NCBI RefSeq assembly: GCF_963921235.1
Contig: NC_086109.1
Span: 16,680,001 to 16,744,000, forward strand
From: Mobula hypostoma
Lineage: Eukaryota
Reading direction: 5' to 3'
DNA: 64,000 bases
Position 1 is the stretch's first letter; the number at the start of each line of letters is the position of its first letter. The notes below the pieces were generated by a model. That model saw only the letters and a program-made list of their open reading frames with translations. It searched no databases and had not been told where the DNA came from. A program made the position numbers and the translations under genes. Shown one piece after another: positions 25,060 through 38,378 of this stretch.

Positions 25060-25572
25060 GCCATAAGACCACAAGACATGGGACCAGAATTAGGCCATTC
25101 AGCCCATTGAACCTGCTCTGCCGTTTCATCATGGCTGATTTATTATCCCTCTCAACCCCATTCTCCTGCCTTCTACCCATATCCTTTGACTAAGCAAGAA
25201 CCTATTAACCTCTACCTAATAATTTAGCCTCCACAGCCATTTGAGGCAATAAATTCCACAGATTCATTATCTTCCAGCTAAAGAAATTCCTCCTCATCTC
25301 TGTCCTAAATGGATATCCCTTTATTCTGAGGCTGTGCCTTCCGATTCTAGACTCACCCATGACAGGAAACATCCCGTCCACATCCACTCTATCTAGGCCT
25401 TTCAGTATTTGATAGGCTACAGTGAGATCCCTCCTCATTCTTCTAAACTCCAGCGAGTACAGGCCCAGGGGCATCAAACACTCCCCATACATTAACCCTT
25501 TCATTCCTGGAGTCATTCTCATGAACCTCCTCTGGACCCTCTCCAATGCCAGCACATCTTTTCTGACGAGTT
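25060..25572 (-). mobile_element. CR1 LINE 3' fragment
   Basis: ORF 25205-25603 RKDVLALERVQRRFMRM...RTEMRRNFF. Confidence 0.88.
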
Positions 25573-25589
25573 GTCCACACCAAACGAGT

Positions 25590-26570
25590 CGAATCAGAAT
25601 CAAGTTTTATAAAACTGACATGCATCATGCAAATTTGTCCTTTTATTCATCAGTACAGTGCAAGAAAGAAAAAGGAAATTACTATAAATTAGGATAAAAA
25701 GTTAATAAATAAATGGTACAAAAGAACAGCAAGGTAGTGTTCATAGGTTCAAAAATCTGATGGCCGAAGGTAAGAACCTGTTCCTAAAACACTGACTGTG
25801 GGTCTTCAGACTCCGGTATCTATGACTGTAATGCAAAGAGACATGTTCAGAGTGGTGAGAATCGTTAATGATGGACGTCACCTTCTTGAGGCACTGCCTC
25901 CTTTTGCAGATGTCCCCTGCAGCCTCTTTCACTCCTGTACATTCCAGACTGTGATACAACCCAGTAAGAACGCTCTCCACTGTACGGCTGTAGAAATTTG
26001 CCAGCAAGATTAGCTGCCTAACTACGTTAGTCCCATTGGCCTGTCTTTAGTCCATGTCCCTCTGAACTATTCCTATCTATGTAACTGTCCAAATGGCTTT
26101 TAAGTGTCAGAAGTGTACTTACATCTACCCCTTCCTTGAACAGCTCAAGCTCCACGGCCATCTTTCAAGATTCAAGATTGTTCAATATCATTTCCAGTAC
26201 ACAAGTGTAAAGGAGAACAAACTAATTATTATTCCAGATCAGCACTAAAAATACACAATAATATAAAGAACATAATAATAAGGAAACACAATAACTATAA
26301 ATACATAAGATAGCTTATATACATATTATTGATTGTATGTCCATAAAGTGACGCTAGGCACAGGAATGTCTGTACATAAGGTGACTGACAGGAAATGATA
26401 AAGTCGTGGTAGGTGGTGTGGAGGGGCGGATTAGTGGGTGGAGGTGTTGCTCAGCCTTACTGCTTGGGAGAATATAAATGCTTTTGAGAGTGGTGGCCCT
26501 GGTGTGGATGCTACACAGCCTCCTCCCTGATGGGAGTGGGACAAACAGTCAATGAGCAAGGTGGGTGATG
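25590..26570 (-). mobile_element. Two Rex1/Babar-type 3' fragments (about 25590-26005 and 26160-26570) separated by a CR1 sliver
   Basis: LANFYSRTVESVLTG...FLPSAIRFLN; (GATTCT)-type and (TCTTGAA)-type tails. Confidence 0.7.
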
Positions 26571-27324
26571 TTAAACCAAGGCCACATCTGATCTCACATG
26601 GTACAATCCACCAGAAGTAACACACCCAGTAACCTGACCAATATTTATACCCCAGCCAACATTATCAAAGCAAACCGTTTCATTGGAGGGATTTTACGGT
26701 AACAAATTTGCTGTCCGGTTTGCTACATTATAATGACTCGACTTCAGAAGAATTTGATTAACTATAAAACTATGTGTATAAACTAATCTTATGTCTATAT
26801 CGCCACACTCAGTTAGTTGCACAGTGTATTTTATAGGACTGCTTTCATATTTTAATTTATTGTGGGTTTATTTGTTCTTTTATTGTTTTTTATGCTGTAT
26901 CTGATCCGGAGAAACAATCATTTTGTTCTCCTTTACACTCGAGTACTAAAAAATAGCAATAAACAACCTGGAATCTTGAACACTTAGCAAACATGAAGAC
27001 CAGACACTTTTTTTTTCCCCCTTTTTTTTCTAAAGGCCAGTCATTATTTGAAATGAGTGTTGAATGAAAGGATCCTATTTAATTTTGCTTTCAGCCGGAG
27101 CAGGTGTTGATGTTTGGGCCACACGTATTGTCCCGAGGCAGTCACTGTGTGTCTGAGCTCAGGTGGGTCTCTCCCTTTTAGGAATATAATCGTTTTTCTT
27201 CAAGAAGCCCAAATAGAAGTTACCAATAATGTGTTTAATCATCCAGAAGCAGCTCAAAATGCTTTGAACTGACATTCACAACTCTTCTTTGTGTGTGCTG
27301 TGGTGATTGACTGCAATAAAAGTT

Positions 27325-29935
27325 CAAATCAGAATCAGAATCGGAATCAGTTTTTTTTATCACTGACATACAGTCTGTTGTGAAATTTCTTGTTTTATGG
27401 CAGCAGTACAGTGTAGTACATAAAATATACTATAAGTTACTAGAAGAAATACTTCCAGTAATTTTTCAGTCTTGGTCTGTCCTGTGTTTTGTGATATCAC
27501 ACCGGAGGAAATATTGTATCATTTCTTAATGCATGCATTACTAAATGACAATAAAAGAGGACTACATGGCTTCATAATCTAAAAAAAATCAATAAGTAGT
27601 GCAAAAACAGAGGAAAATTTTGTGGCAGTGTTAATGGGCTGATGAACCATTCAGAAGTCGGATGGCAGAGGGGGTGAAGCTGTTCCTAAAACATCGAGAG
27701 CATGATTTCAGGCTCCTGCATCTCCCCCCTGAGGGCAGCGATGAGAAGAGAGCATGTCCAGGTGCTGGGGTTCCTTCAGAATCAGAATCAGGTTTACTAT
27801 CATCAGCATATGTCGTGAACTTTATTAACTATGCAATACATAATAAATATAGAAAGAAAAAAAAGTCAATTGCTGTAAGGATATATATAAAAAGTAGCTA
27901 AATTAAAAATAGTGTAAAACAGAAATAATATTTTAAAAAGTGAAGGCGTGTTCATGGGTTCAATGTCCACTTAGGAATCAGAGAACCTACGCAGTAGCGT
28001 TCCCCGCACCCCCCACACCAGACGGTGATGCAGCCTGTCAGAATGCTCTCCATGGTACATCTGGAGAAGTTTTCAATTATTTTAGGTAACAACCAAATCT
28101 CCTCAAATTCCTGATGAAATATAGTTGCTGTCTTGCCTTCTTTATAGCTGTATTGATATTTTGGGACCAGGTTAGGTCCTCAGAGATCATAACACCCAGG
28201 AACTCAAAATTGCTCACTCTCTCCACTTCTGATCCCTCTATGCAGATCGGTTCGTGTTCCCTCATCTTACTTTTCCTGAAGTCCACAATCAGCCCTTTGG
28301 TCTTACTGATAATGAGTGCAAGGTTGTTGCTGTGATACCACTCAACGAGCTGGTATATCTCGCTCCTGTACGCCCTCTCATCTCCATTTGATATTCTACC
28401 AACATTGGCTGTATCATCAGCAAATTTATCGATGACGTTTGAATCATACCTAGTCACACACTCGTGAGTAAAGAGCGAGTAGAGCAGTGGGCTAAGCACG
28501 CATCTCTGACATGCACCAGTGTTGGTTGTCAGCGAGGAGGAGATATTATTACCAATCCACACCGATTGTGGTCTTCCAGTTAGGAAGTCGAAGGTCCAAT
28601 TGCAGAGGGAGGTACAGAGGCCCAGGTTCTGTAGCTTATCGATCAGGACTGTGGGAATGATGGTGTTAAATGCTGAGCTATAATCAATGAACAGCATCAT
28701 GGCAGAGGTGTTTGTATTATCCAGGTGATCTAAGGCCGTGTGAAGATTCATTGAGATTGCGTCTGTCGTAGACTTATTGTACCAATAAATAAATTGCCGT
28801 GGGTCCAGGTCCTTCCTGAGACAGGTGTTGATTCTAGCCATGACCAACCTTTCCAAGCATTTCATCACCGTAGAAGTGAGTGCTGCTGGACGTTAGTCAT
28901 TAAGACAGCTCACACTATTCTTCCTGGGCACTGGTATAATTGTCGCCCTTTTGAAACAGGTGGGAACTTCTGACTACAGCAGTGAGAGTTGAAAATGTCC
29001 TTAAATACTACCGCCAGTTGGTTGGCACATGTTTTCAGAGCCTTACCTGGTACTCCATCAGGACCTGCCACCTTGCGAGGGTTCACCCTCTTTAAAGACA
29101 GCCTAACATCGACCTCCAAGAGAGAGAGATCACAGGGTCACCGGGTGCAGCAGGGATCTTCACAGCTGCAGTTATACTCTCCCTTTCAAAGCAGGCATAG
29201 GAAGTATTGAGCTCATCTGGTAGTGAAGCATCGCTGCCATTCATGCGACCGGCTTTTGCTTTGTAGGAAATAATGTCTTGCAAACCCTGCTAGAGTTGAT
29301 GTGCGTCTGATCTCGCCTCCAACATCACTCGGAATTGATTCTTCACTATTGAAATATCCCTCCACAAATCATACCTGGTTTGCTCGTACAGACCTTGGTC
29401 AACAAAATTAAATGCCACAGATCTAACCCTCAACAGATGACGCACCTCCACGGATTTTGGTTTGGGAGTGTATTGCAAGTTTTCGTAGTCAGCCACTCAT
29501 CTACACAGGTTTTAATAAAGTGGGTAACTACTGTGCATACTCATCCAGATTCAAAGATGAATCTCTGAATACAGTCCAGTCCATCAATTCAAACCACCCC
29601 TGTGCTTCCTTTATCCATACCTTCATGGTCCTCATTACTGGTGCTGCAGTCTTCAGTCTCTACCTGTATTCAGAGATTAAAAGTACAGCCAGGTGATCAA
29701 ACTTTCTGAAGTGTGGGCGTGGAAAAGCACAGTAGGCATTCTTGATAGTGGTGTAACCATGGTCCAGTGTGTTGATTACTCTGGTACTACAAGTGATTTG
29801 TTAATGATAATTATTTAGTGCCTTTTTCAAGCTGGCCTGGTTTATATCTCCAAAAATGATGGTGAAGGCATCAGGGTGTGCTGTTTCATGCCTGTTGATC
29901 ACATCGCTCAGATTATCGATAGCCTACCTGACATT
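27325..29935 (-). mobile_element. Rex1/Babar-type LINE (endonuclease end plus RT, decayed) with stacked 3' UTR copies
   Basis: ORF 28077-28868 MKCLERLV...[12 protein letters not shown]...[12 protein letters not shown]...KFADDT; RKVAGPDGVPG; (AGAATC)n tails at 27327 and 27778. Confidence 0.92.
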
Positions 29936-30671
29936 GGCCTGAGTTGGAATGTTCATGATGGACGCCACTTTTTAAGGCATCGCCTTTTGAAGGTGTCTTC
30001 AGTGATGTGGAAGCTATTGCCCGTAATGGAGCTGGCTGAGTTTACAACCTCTGGCTCTGTGCATTGACGCCTCCATACAAGACAGTGAGGCAACCAGTGA
30101 GAGTGCACTGCACGGTACATCCGTGAGTCTTTAGTGACATACCAAACCTCCTCCAGGAACTTGAACCTGCTCACTCTTTCCATTCTAACTTCATTTAACA
30201 GTTATTTGGTATCCTAATATTTATGGAACAAATTCCAGAGATCGGACTCCTGGCAGGTTAATGCCCTGCCTCGGCACCTCTCAGTACAGTACTGGAAAGC
30301 AGTGGGTAAATCAAACCAAACGAGTGTACCTTATTGTACAGAAAGATCTAACGTCCACAGGCACAGACCCTCCCAGCAAGTTCCACATTAGGCAATAACA
30401 AAGAGAATAGTTGGTTATGGGATACAAATCTTAACCTGGTATGAATCAATATTACATATGTTGCAATTGTTATATCCTTCCAATAAAAGTGAGGAAACAA
30501 AAGTTTAAAGCACACAGTCACAGTGGTGGTCCAGTCCCGAAGCATGTTACGCAATCCTCCAACTAGTCTCCTGTGCAGTCGTTAGACTTCTTACTTCTTC
30601 CATTCTGTCAAAAACATCTGCAGATACCAGGGCAATGCACACAAGGATTCTGCCCGAGCCTCTTTTCAAGC

Positions 30672-30805
30672 TCATGTCCGTGCCCGTGGGTCCCTGCAGA
30701 AGGAACACATGGTATCCATGGTTGCAATGGGGGATTTCCAGGAACAGGGGGCATCACCGGGCCCCAGCGTGTCCTGGATAGTGATGACTGTGTTATCATT
30801 TGAAA
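30672..30805 (-). CDS. Candidate terminal exon of an unidentified gene
   Basis: Acceptor TTCACCCTATTTACAG in unique DNA; phase-1 frame SNDNTVITIQDTLGPGDAPC...DPRART*; phase-0 frame open to 30608. Confidence 0.25.
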
Positions 30806-31119
30806 CTGTAAATAGGGTGAATCCCAGAATTGTAGGATAGTGTACTCCAAGTTCTTACCCTTTAACCTTCAGGCTGCTGAACCTGTGTGGATAACTTCAT
30901 TCACCTCGACTATGAACTGATCACTCAACACAACCTGGGGACTCACTTTCAAGGACTCTACACCTTATGTTCTCAATATTTATTTTTTGATTTATTTATT
31001 ACTTGGCTTTTTTGTATTTGCACAGTTCAGCTTTTGCACATTGGTGGTTTGTCAGTCTTTGTGTGTAGGTTTTCATTGATTCTATTGTATTTTGTTGTTC
31101 TACTGTGAATGCCTGCAAG

Positions 31120-31803
31120 GACACCCTGACCTGGAGTTACACACTGACTTCAGTTCTTTGCGGAAATGGGACCCGCTCTCAGGGTCTCACATCTGGCAGC
31201 TTTTTGATATCCCATGGACACGGCCTGGAAGACTAGCACACCTTCAGGGTGCCGGACTCTTGAGGTTCTGGAGATGGGCAGATTCAAGGCCAGTCCTGCC
31301 GGCTGATGTGTTGTGGGAGTACATGGAAGATCAAAAGCAGCGAGCTGGCTGCCGACTGTGTGCCCGGGGACCCGAGATCTTTGGGCACAGATCTCAGAGA
31401 AAGCAACGCACCAGACTTTTAACACCATAAGTCAGCAAGATGTTTTGTTATGTCTCCCCTTTCGGGGACGCCTTTTTTTCTATTATTAGGGAGAGAGAGC
31501 CTGTGGTATGTCGAATACCGGGTGAACAAGTAGTCTATGGGGTACTGCAAGTCTGTGTCTTTATTGATGTTTTGCTACACATTTGAGTGCTGAGTGGAGG
31601 GTACCAATGCTTTTTTGCTGCTGGGGGGGGGGGTTCATTGCTTTTGCTGCTGGAGGGGGGAATTGGGGGGGCTTTGGGGTTTTAACATTTATCTGTCATT
31701 CATTCTTCGAGACACTCCTCTGCTTTTGTGGATGTTTGCAAAGAAAAATAATTTCAGGATGTATATTGTATACATTTCTCTGACGTTAAATGTACCCATT
31801 GAA
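31120..31803 (+). mobile_element. Unclassified non-coding retroelement fragment nested in a Rex-type 3' UTR (30870-31862)
   Basis: Host gcctgcaag|aaacgaatctcagggtagtatatgg (intact at 24151-24185) is split by this segment. Confidence 0.6.
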
Positions 31804-33529
31804 ACGAATCTCAGGGTAGTATATGGTGACATGCAAGTACTTTGATCATAAATTTACTTTGAAATTTTATTGTAATAATTTGATTATTGTAATATTATTG
31901 CTGAATAAACCTCCTTTGGGAAAGGGAAAACATGTCCTTCATTATCTCCTCATTCTCATCAACACCCCCAGGTTCTCCCACTGACGTCCATGCTGGGTTC
32001 AGTAGCACATCTGGTAGAGCCACTGTCTAACAGCAGCTGAGATCCAGGTTCAATCCTGAAGTCAGGAGTTGTCTGTGTGGAGCTTGCACCTTCTCCCTGT
32101 GAGTGCATAGGTTTCTGAGAGATTCCAGTTATCTCCCACATCCCAAAGCCATGTGTGTGTGTGGCTTGGTAGGATAATCGTAACGTGCCCTTAACGTGTA
32201 GGAGATGGTCAAATCTGGGGCAAACTGACTAGAATCAGAATCAGATTTAATATCACCCCCATATGTTGAGAAATTTGTTAACTTTATGGCAACAGTACAA
32301 GCAAATACATGATAAATAAATGTAGAGCAAAGCTGAGTAACGGTAAAAAAAATGTCTATTAAATAGTTAAATTAAATAAGTAGTGCAAAAACTGAAATAA
32401 AAAAGTAGTGAGATAGTGTTCATGGATTCAACGTCCATTTAGAAATCTGATAGCAGAGGAGAAGAAGTGCTCCTAAGTAGCTGAGTGTGTGTCTTCCTGC
32501 TTCTGTACCTCCTTCCCAATGGTAACTGTGTGAAGAGGGCATGTCTTAAGGGTCGGCACAACATTATGGGCCGAAGGGCCTGTACTGTGCTGGACTATTC
32601 TATGTTCTATGTTCTATGTCCTGGGTGGTGGGCGTCTTAATGATGGATGCCACCTTTTTGAGTCACTGCTCCTTGAAGATGTTTTGGATATTGTGAAGGC
32701 TAGTGCCTAGGATGGCGCTGACTAATTTTACAAGCTTCTGCAACTTATTCCAATTCTGTGCAGTAGCCACACCCCACCCCACCCTCCCCCACCATACCAG
32801 ATGGGGAAGAGGATGTGGGGAGAATAAAAAAAAAGATTAATATGGGAAATAGTGTAAATGTGTGTTGGTGGTCAGTATGGCCTCAGTGGGCTGAAAGGCC
32901 TGCTTCTGTGCTGTGCATCTCGACAACTTGAGATTTGACGATTGTTCCACCTCCAGGAAGGTAGCAATGTGCTTGTGGTGTAACTAAGAGATTCTCACAT
33001 GGTTTGCTTCAATACTCTCCCTTGTGACGAAGGAGAAACAATAATATCTTTACATCATTCTGCTCTGGTTTACCCACCATAGCCAGTCAAAACTGAGTGT
33101 GAACTCATCCCTCCACTGTCTCCATCCTTTGCATTGGAAATCCAGCAACTTTGCAGCTTTATTTGTCCCATTGTGTGCTCTCACCATTGCATCACACTTT
33201 CCCCCATCTCCTTCTCAAACGGCAGGACTTGTTCCTCATTTGCAGTATCCTGACACGTCTCCCAGTTTCATCATCCTAAACTTCAGGCACCTTGACTCAG
33301 TTTCTGGGTTAGCAGGAATGATTTGGGCCAAAGGGCCTGTTTCCATACTGTGTAACTCTGTGACTGCATCTCTCTCCCTTAAATACGGAAGGGAGTCAGT
33401 GGTTCAAATAGCAAGGGTACTTCACTACATAAAATCTTTCAGAAAGGGCCCCATTCTTCATACAGGGGCTTTCTCTGTAGAGACAGTCTTCCCAGCAAAT
33501 TCCACAGTAAATAACTTTGCAAAAAAAGA

Positions 33530-35587
33530 AACAGGAGAAAACCTGTAGGTGCTGGAAATGCTGGAGGAACTCAGCAGGCCAGGCAGCATCTATGTAAAAG
33601 AGTACGGTCGACATTTCCGGCCAAGACCCTTCAGCAGAGCTGGAGAGAAAAAGAGACGAGGAGTAGAGTTAAAAGGTGGGGGAGGGGAGGGAGAAACACA
33701 AGGTGATAGGAGAAACCGGGAGGAGGAGGGGTGAAGTAAAGAGCTGGGAAGTTGTTGGTGAAAGAGATACAGGGCTGAAGAAATGGGAATCTGATAGGAG
33801 AGGACAGAAGGCCACGGAAGAAAGAAAAGTGGGGAGGAGCACCAGAGGGAGGCGATGGGCAGACAAGGAGATAAGGTGAGAGAGGGAAAAGGGAGTGGGG
33901 AATGGTGAAGTGGCGGGGCAATACTGGAAGTTCGAGAAATCAACGTTCATGCCATTAAGTTGGAGGCAACCCAGACAGAATATAAGGTGTTGTTCCTCCA
34001 ACCAGAATGTGGCCTTATCCCGACAGTAGAGGAGGCCATGGATAGACATATCGGAATGGGAATGGGATGTGGAATTAAAATGGGTGGCCACTGGGAGATC
34101 CTGCTTTTTCTGATGGATGGAGCCTAGAAGCTTGGTGAAGCAGTCTGCCAATCTACGTCGGGTCTCACTGATATACAGGTGGCCACACTGGGAGCACCGG
34201 ATACAGTACATGACCCCAAAAGACTCACAGGTGAAGGGTTGCCTCACCTGGAAGGACTGTTTGGAGCCCTGAATGGTAGTGAGGGAAGAGGTGTCACACT
34301 TGTTCCGCTTGCAAGGATAAGCGCCAGCAGGGAGATCCGTGGGGAGGGATAAATGGACAAGGGAATCGTGTAGGGATCGATCCCTGCTGAAAGCAGAAAG
34401 TAGTAGGAAGAGAAAGATGTGCTTGGTGGTAGGATCCCATTGGAGATGGCGGAAGTTACGGAAAATTTTGTGCTAGATGCAGAGGCTGGTGGGATGGTAG
34501 GTGAGGACAAGATGAACCCTATCCCGGGTATGGTGGCGGGAGGAGGGGGTGAGGGCAGACATGCGCAAAATGGAAGAGATGCAGTTGAAGACAGTGCTGA
34601 TGGTGGAGGAAGGGAAACATCTTTGAAAAAGGAGGACATCTCCTTCATTCTGGAATAAAAAGCCTCATCCTGAGAGCAGATGTGATGTAGATGGAGGAAT
34701 TGAGAGAAGGCGATGGCATTTTTACAAGTAATAGTGTGGGAAGAGATATAGTCCAGGTAGCTGTGAGAGCCCGTTGATTTATAATAGACGTCAGTAGATA
34801 AGCTGTCTCCAGAGACAGAGAGATCTAGAAAGGGGAGGGAGGTGTCAGAAATGGACCAGGTAAATTATTTTGAGTTTTTTTTAGATTATGAGGACACTCA
34901 GTCCTCGTTTATTGTCATTTAGAAATGCATGCATGCATTAAGAAATGATACAATGTTTCTCCGGAGTGATATCACAAAAAACAGGACAAACCAAAGACTA
35001 ACACTGACAAGACCACATAATTATAACATATAGTTACAGCAGTGCAAAGCAATACCATAATTTGATAAAGGGCAGACCATCGACATGGTAAAAAAAAGTC
35101 TCAAAGTTCCGATCAACTCCTGACAGCAGGCGGCAGAAGGAGAAACTCTCCCTGCCACAAACCTCCAGGCGCCAACAACTGTTGATGCATTGGAAGCACC
35201 CGACCACAGCCAACTTAGAACCTCTGACCAGCTCTTCGACACCGAGCACCATCTCTGCCGAGCGCTTCGACCCCGTCCCCACCGCCGAGCAACAGGCAAA
35301 GCCGAGGACTCGGGGCCTTCCCCTCCTGAGATTCTGGATCACACAGTAGCAGTGGCAGTGAAAAAGGCATTTCAGAAGTTTCTCCAGATGTTCCTCCTTT
35401 CTCTCACGTCTGTCTCCATCAAATCAGGATTGTGCAAGGCCCCCTACTTGACAGATTGCTGATATCATTCACCGGAGTGGCCGTGCAAGCTGCGTCGCGC
35501 CGCCATCTTCTCCTCCTCTTTAATTTGAGGGTAGGATGGAAGTTGGAGGCAAAATTGATGAAGTCGATGATTTCCACACGGATGCAA
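33530..35587 (-). mobile_element. Penelope-like element (RT C-terminus, GIY-YIG endonuclease, pLTR), decayed, interrupted at 34875-35520
   Basis: FTCESFGVMYCIRCSQCGHLYISETRRRL...PVATHFN; upstream STDVYYKSTGSHSYLDY; FINFASNFHPTLK beyond the insertion. Confidence 0.9.
34875..35520 (-). mobile_element. ~650-bp non-autonomous non-tRNA retroelement
   Basis: 5' end GAGGAGGAGAAGATGGCGGCGCGACG; 3' end AATAAACGAGGACTGAGTGTCCTCATAATCT-A8; imperfect TSD ATTTTGAG/AATTTGAG; related 3' end at about 27465-27588. Confidence 0.75.
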
Positions 35588-37159
35588 AAAAATAGAAATC
35601 AGTAGTTCACACGCTGCTAAGCTTAAATTTATGCAAATTACATGCTATTTCATATACATTATAAAGTTCTGCTGAAGGTTCTGGTCCCAAAACATCAACT
35701 CTGTTTCACTCTCCACAGATACTGCCTGGCCTGTCTTTCCACCATTTGTACTTTTATATTTCATATTTTCTTGTAACTAAAGAAGCCGTCCAAAGTTCAA
35801 AGTGCATTTATTATCAAAGTGTGTATACTATATACAACCTTGACATTCCTCTCCCCATGGGCAGCCACGAAACAAAGAAAACCCAAAGGATCAATTAAAC
35901 CCATACACCCAAGGCGTAGAGAGAGGGGATAAAACAAGTTGTACAAACAATAAAAGTAAGTAAATAGCTTCCGAACTGGAGTTTTATGACAGACACAAAG
36001 CTAGGCTTCACTGCAGCCAGAGCAGGCAACAGACACAGTTCATCGCAAAGCCAAGTAAATGTTGCAAGGTCACTGACCTGAGCCCGGCATTACTGCAGCT
36101 GCTATTGCTTTGCAGTGTGGAGCTGAGTAAATGTTGACCTATTAAGTCAATGCCAGCTCTCAAAGCAATCCCATTAGTCCCTCTCCTGGAACCTATTTCC
36201 ACAAATGCCTATTAATACCCCCCAACACACACACACTTTCCCCATAAATCTCCTGTCCCCACCCACACTGAGTCATTTTGCAGTGATCAGCTAACCTAAA
36301 CAACCAATGTGCCTTTGAGATGTGAGAAGAAACCAGGGCATCCAGGGAAAATCTACAGGGCCACAAGGACAATATGCAGCACCAAAGAGTTTTGCCAAGG
36401 AAACTGGGTGAGGTGAAAGAAGCCAGAGTCATATTGGTGCAGAAATCTTGAATTATAGAAATCTGAAAGAAGAGTGAAAATCAGAGATTAAAAAAATGAG
36501 AATTTTGGGTCAATGACCTTTTTTAAGGAATTAGTGGCTTCATCTACTATGGCTTTTCAAATCCTCCCTTCCCTTTGCCAATCCCTACCTGTGCAACTTT
36601 CTCTAGTCCTTAAAGCCTGGAGTTACACACAGCAGGATGTGTGCAAGACAAGTATTTCACACAGGGGGAGGTGTGCAAGACAAGTATTTCACACAGAACA
36701 CAGTAGGTACATGGAATAGGCTGCCAAAAGTAATGGTGAAGCAGACACAGTGGCATCAAGCAGGCCTTCAGACAGCCATGAGCAGTGCAGGGAATGGAGG
36801 GATATGGAAGCAAATAGGTTTAGTTTAATTGAGTATTGTGATAGACACGGAGAGTGTGAACAAAGAGCCTGTTTCTGTGCCGTGCTCTTCCAGGTCCTCA
36901 GCATCTGAGATCGCTGAGTTCCTCCAATTCTCTCGCAATTTGTCCTATTTCCACAGTCGCACCTTTGGAAGAAGACATACATCTGCCCGTATCATCAGCC
37001 TCTGAAATTTCTACGTCTAAATCTCTCTGCCTTCTTCCTCCCTTTGTTCAAGCTGCCTCCGCTATTTGCTCACTTTTTTAACTTCAAGTTTATTTTGTTT
37101 CCTTGACGGGATTTGTATGAAATGACCTGGCATGTTTTACTCCGTTCAAGGTATTGTAC

Positions 37160-37685
37160 AACTCAGGGGGCACTAGATTGGACACCTCTGGTACCTAATA
37201 AAGTGGACACTGAGTGTATGATCATGGACCTCTGCTCCTCTAGCCCATGTACTTAAAAGTTCAACAAGTTGTGCATTCAGAGATGCTCTTCTGCACACCA
37301 CTGTTGTAACAAGTGTTTATCTGAATCACCGTCACCTGAACCACTTTGGCTATTCTCCTTTCTCACCCACAGAACTGCCACTCACTGGATTTTTTGTTTT
37401 TGTTTTTTGCACCATTCTCTGTAAACTTTAGAGACTGTTGTGTGTGAAAATCCCAGGAGGCCAGCAGTTTCTGAGATACTCAGACCACCCTGTCTGGCAC
37501 CAACAATCACTCCACGGTCAAAGTTACTTACATCACATTTCTTCCCCATTCTGATGTTTGGTCTGAACAACAACTGAACTTCTGGACTATGTTTGCTTGT
37601 ATTTCCTGCATTGAGCTGCTGCCATATGATTGGCTGATTAGATATTTGCATTAACAAGCATGTGCAAATGTATCTGGTAAGGGCA
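37160..37685 (-). mobile_element. Tc1-derived MITE retaining the transposase N-terminal HTH
   Basis: ORF 37382-37657 MGKKCDVSNFDRGVIVGARQGGLSISETAGLLGFSHTTVSKVYREW. Confidence 0.88.
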
Positions 37686-38316
37686 TAAAGCCAAATTGCA
37701 GTTGTCTTCTCCCAAGCATTTAAAGTTAGTCCTATTAATAGAAGGCATGTTGCACCAAATCACTTTTTACTGGAAATCTGCCATCCATTCTCTGGTGGTG
37801 GCTGTTTTATAGGGCATTGTTACCGTGGGAAGTGTGCCTGACTGATCGCATAACAATCGAAAGTGAAACACTGACATTTCTATTGGAACAGTTACTTGGA
37901 GTCTTGTGCACAATTCTGGTCACCCCCATTACAGAAAGAGACTTTGCAAAGGGTACAGAAGATGATGCTGCTGAGATTAGAAGGTATGAGCTATAACAAG
38001 ATCTTGGACAAAATCGGAGTGGTTTGCCTGGAGTATCGGGGCTGAGAAGAGACCAGACAGAAGTTCATAAAATTATGAGAGACATAGTTAAGGTAGACAG
38101 TCAAACTTTTTCTCAGGGTAGAAATGTCAAATCAGTTCAATGTTCTATACTTAAATTCTAACTGAACAACTCTTCAGAATTAGAATCAGATTTATTATCA
38201 CTGACATACATCATGAAATTTATCGTTTTGTGGCAGCAGTACAGTGCAATACATAAAGTATACTATGAATTACAGAAAGAACTATATATGTATGCATTAT
38301 GTATATATTGCATTAC

Positions 38317-38337
38317 CTCTCTCTCTCTATACATACA

Positions 38338-38370
<33 letters not shown>

Positions 38371-38378
38371 GCACGCAG
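38317..38378. repeat. Compound microsatellite (CT)n(TACA)n(CA)n within a Rex-type 3' UTR
   Basis: Seen directly. Confidence 0.9.

Noticed and set aside
36636..36694. Short tandem duplications (also 7258-7310 and 11188-11273)
   Set aside because: Ordinary local duplications of 25-35 bp with no further structure
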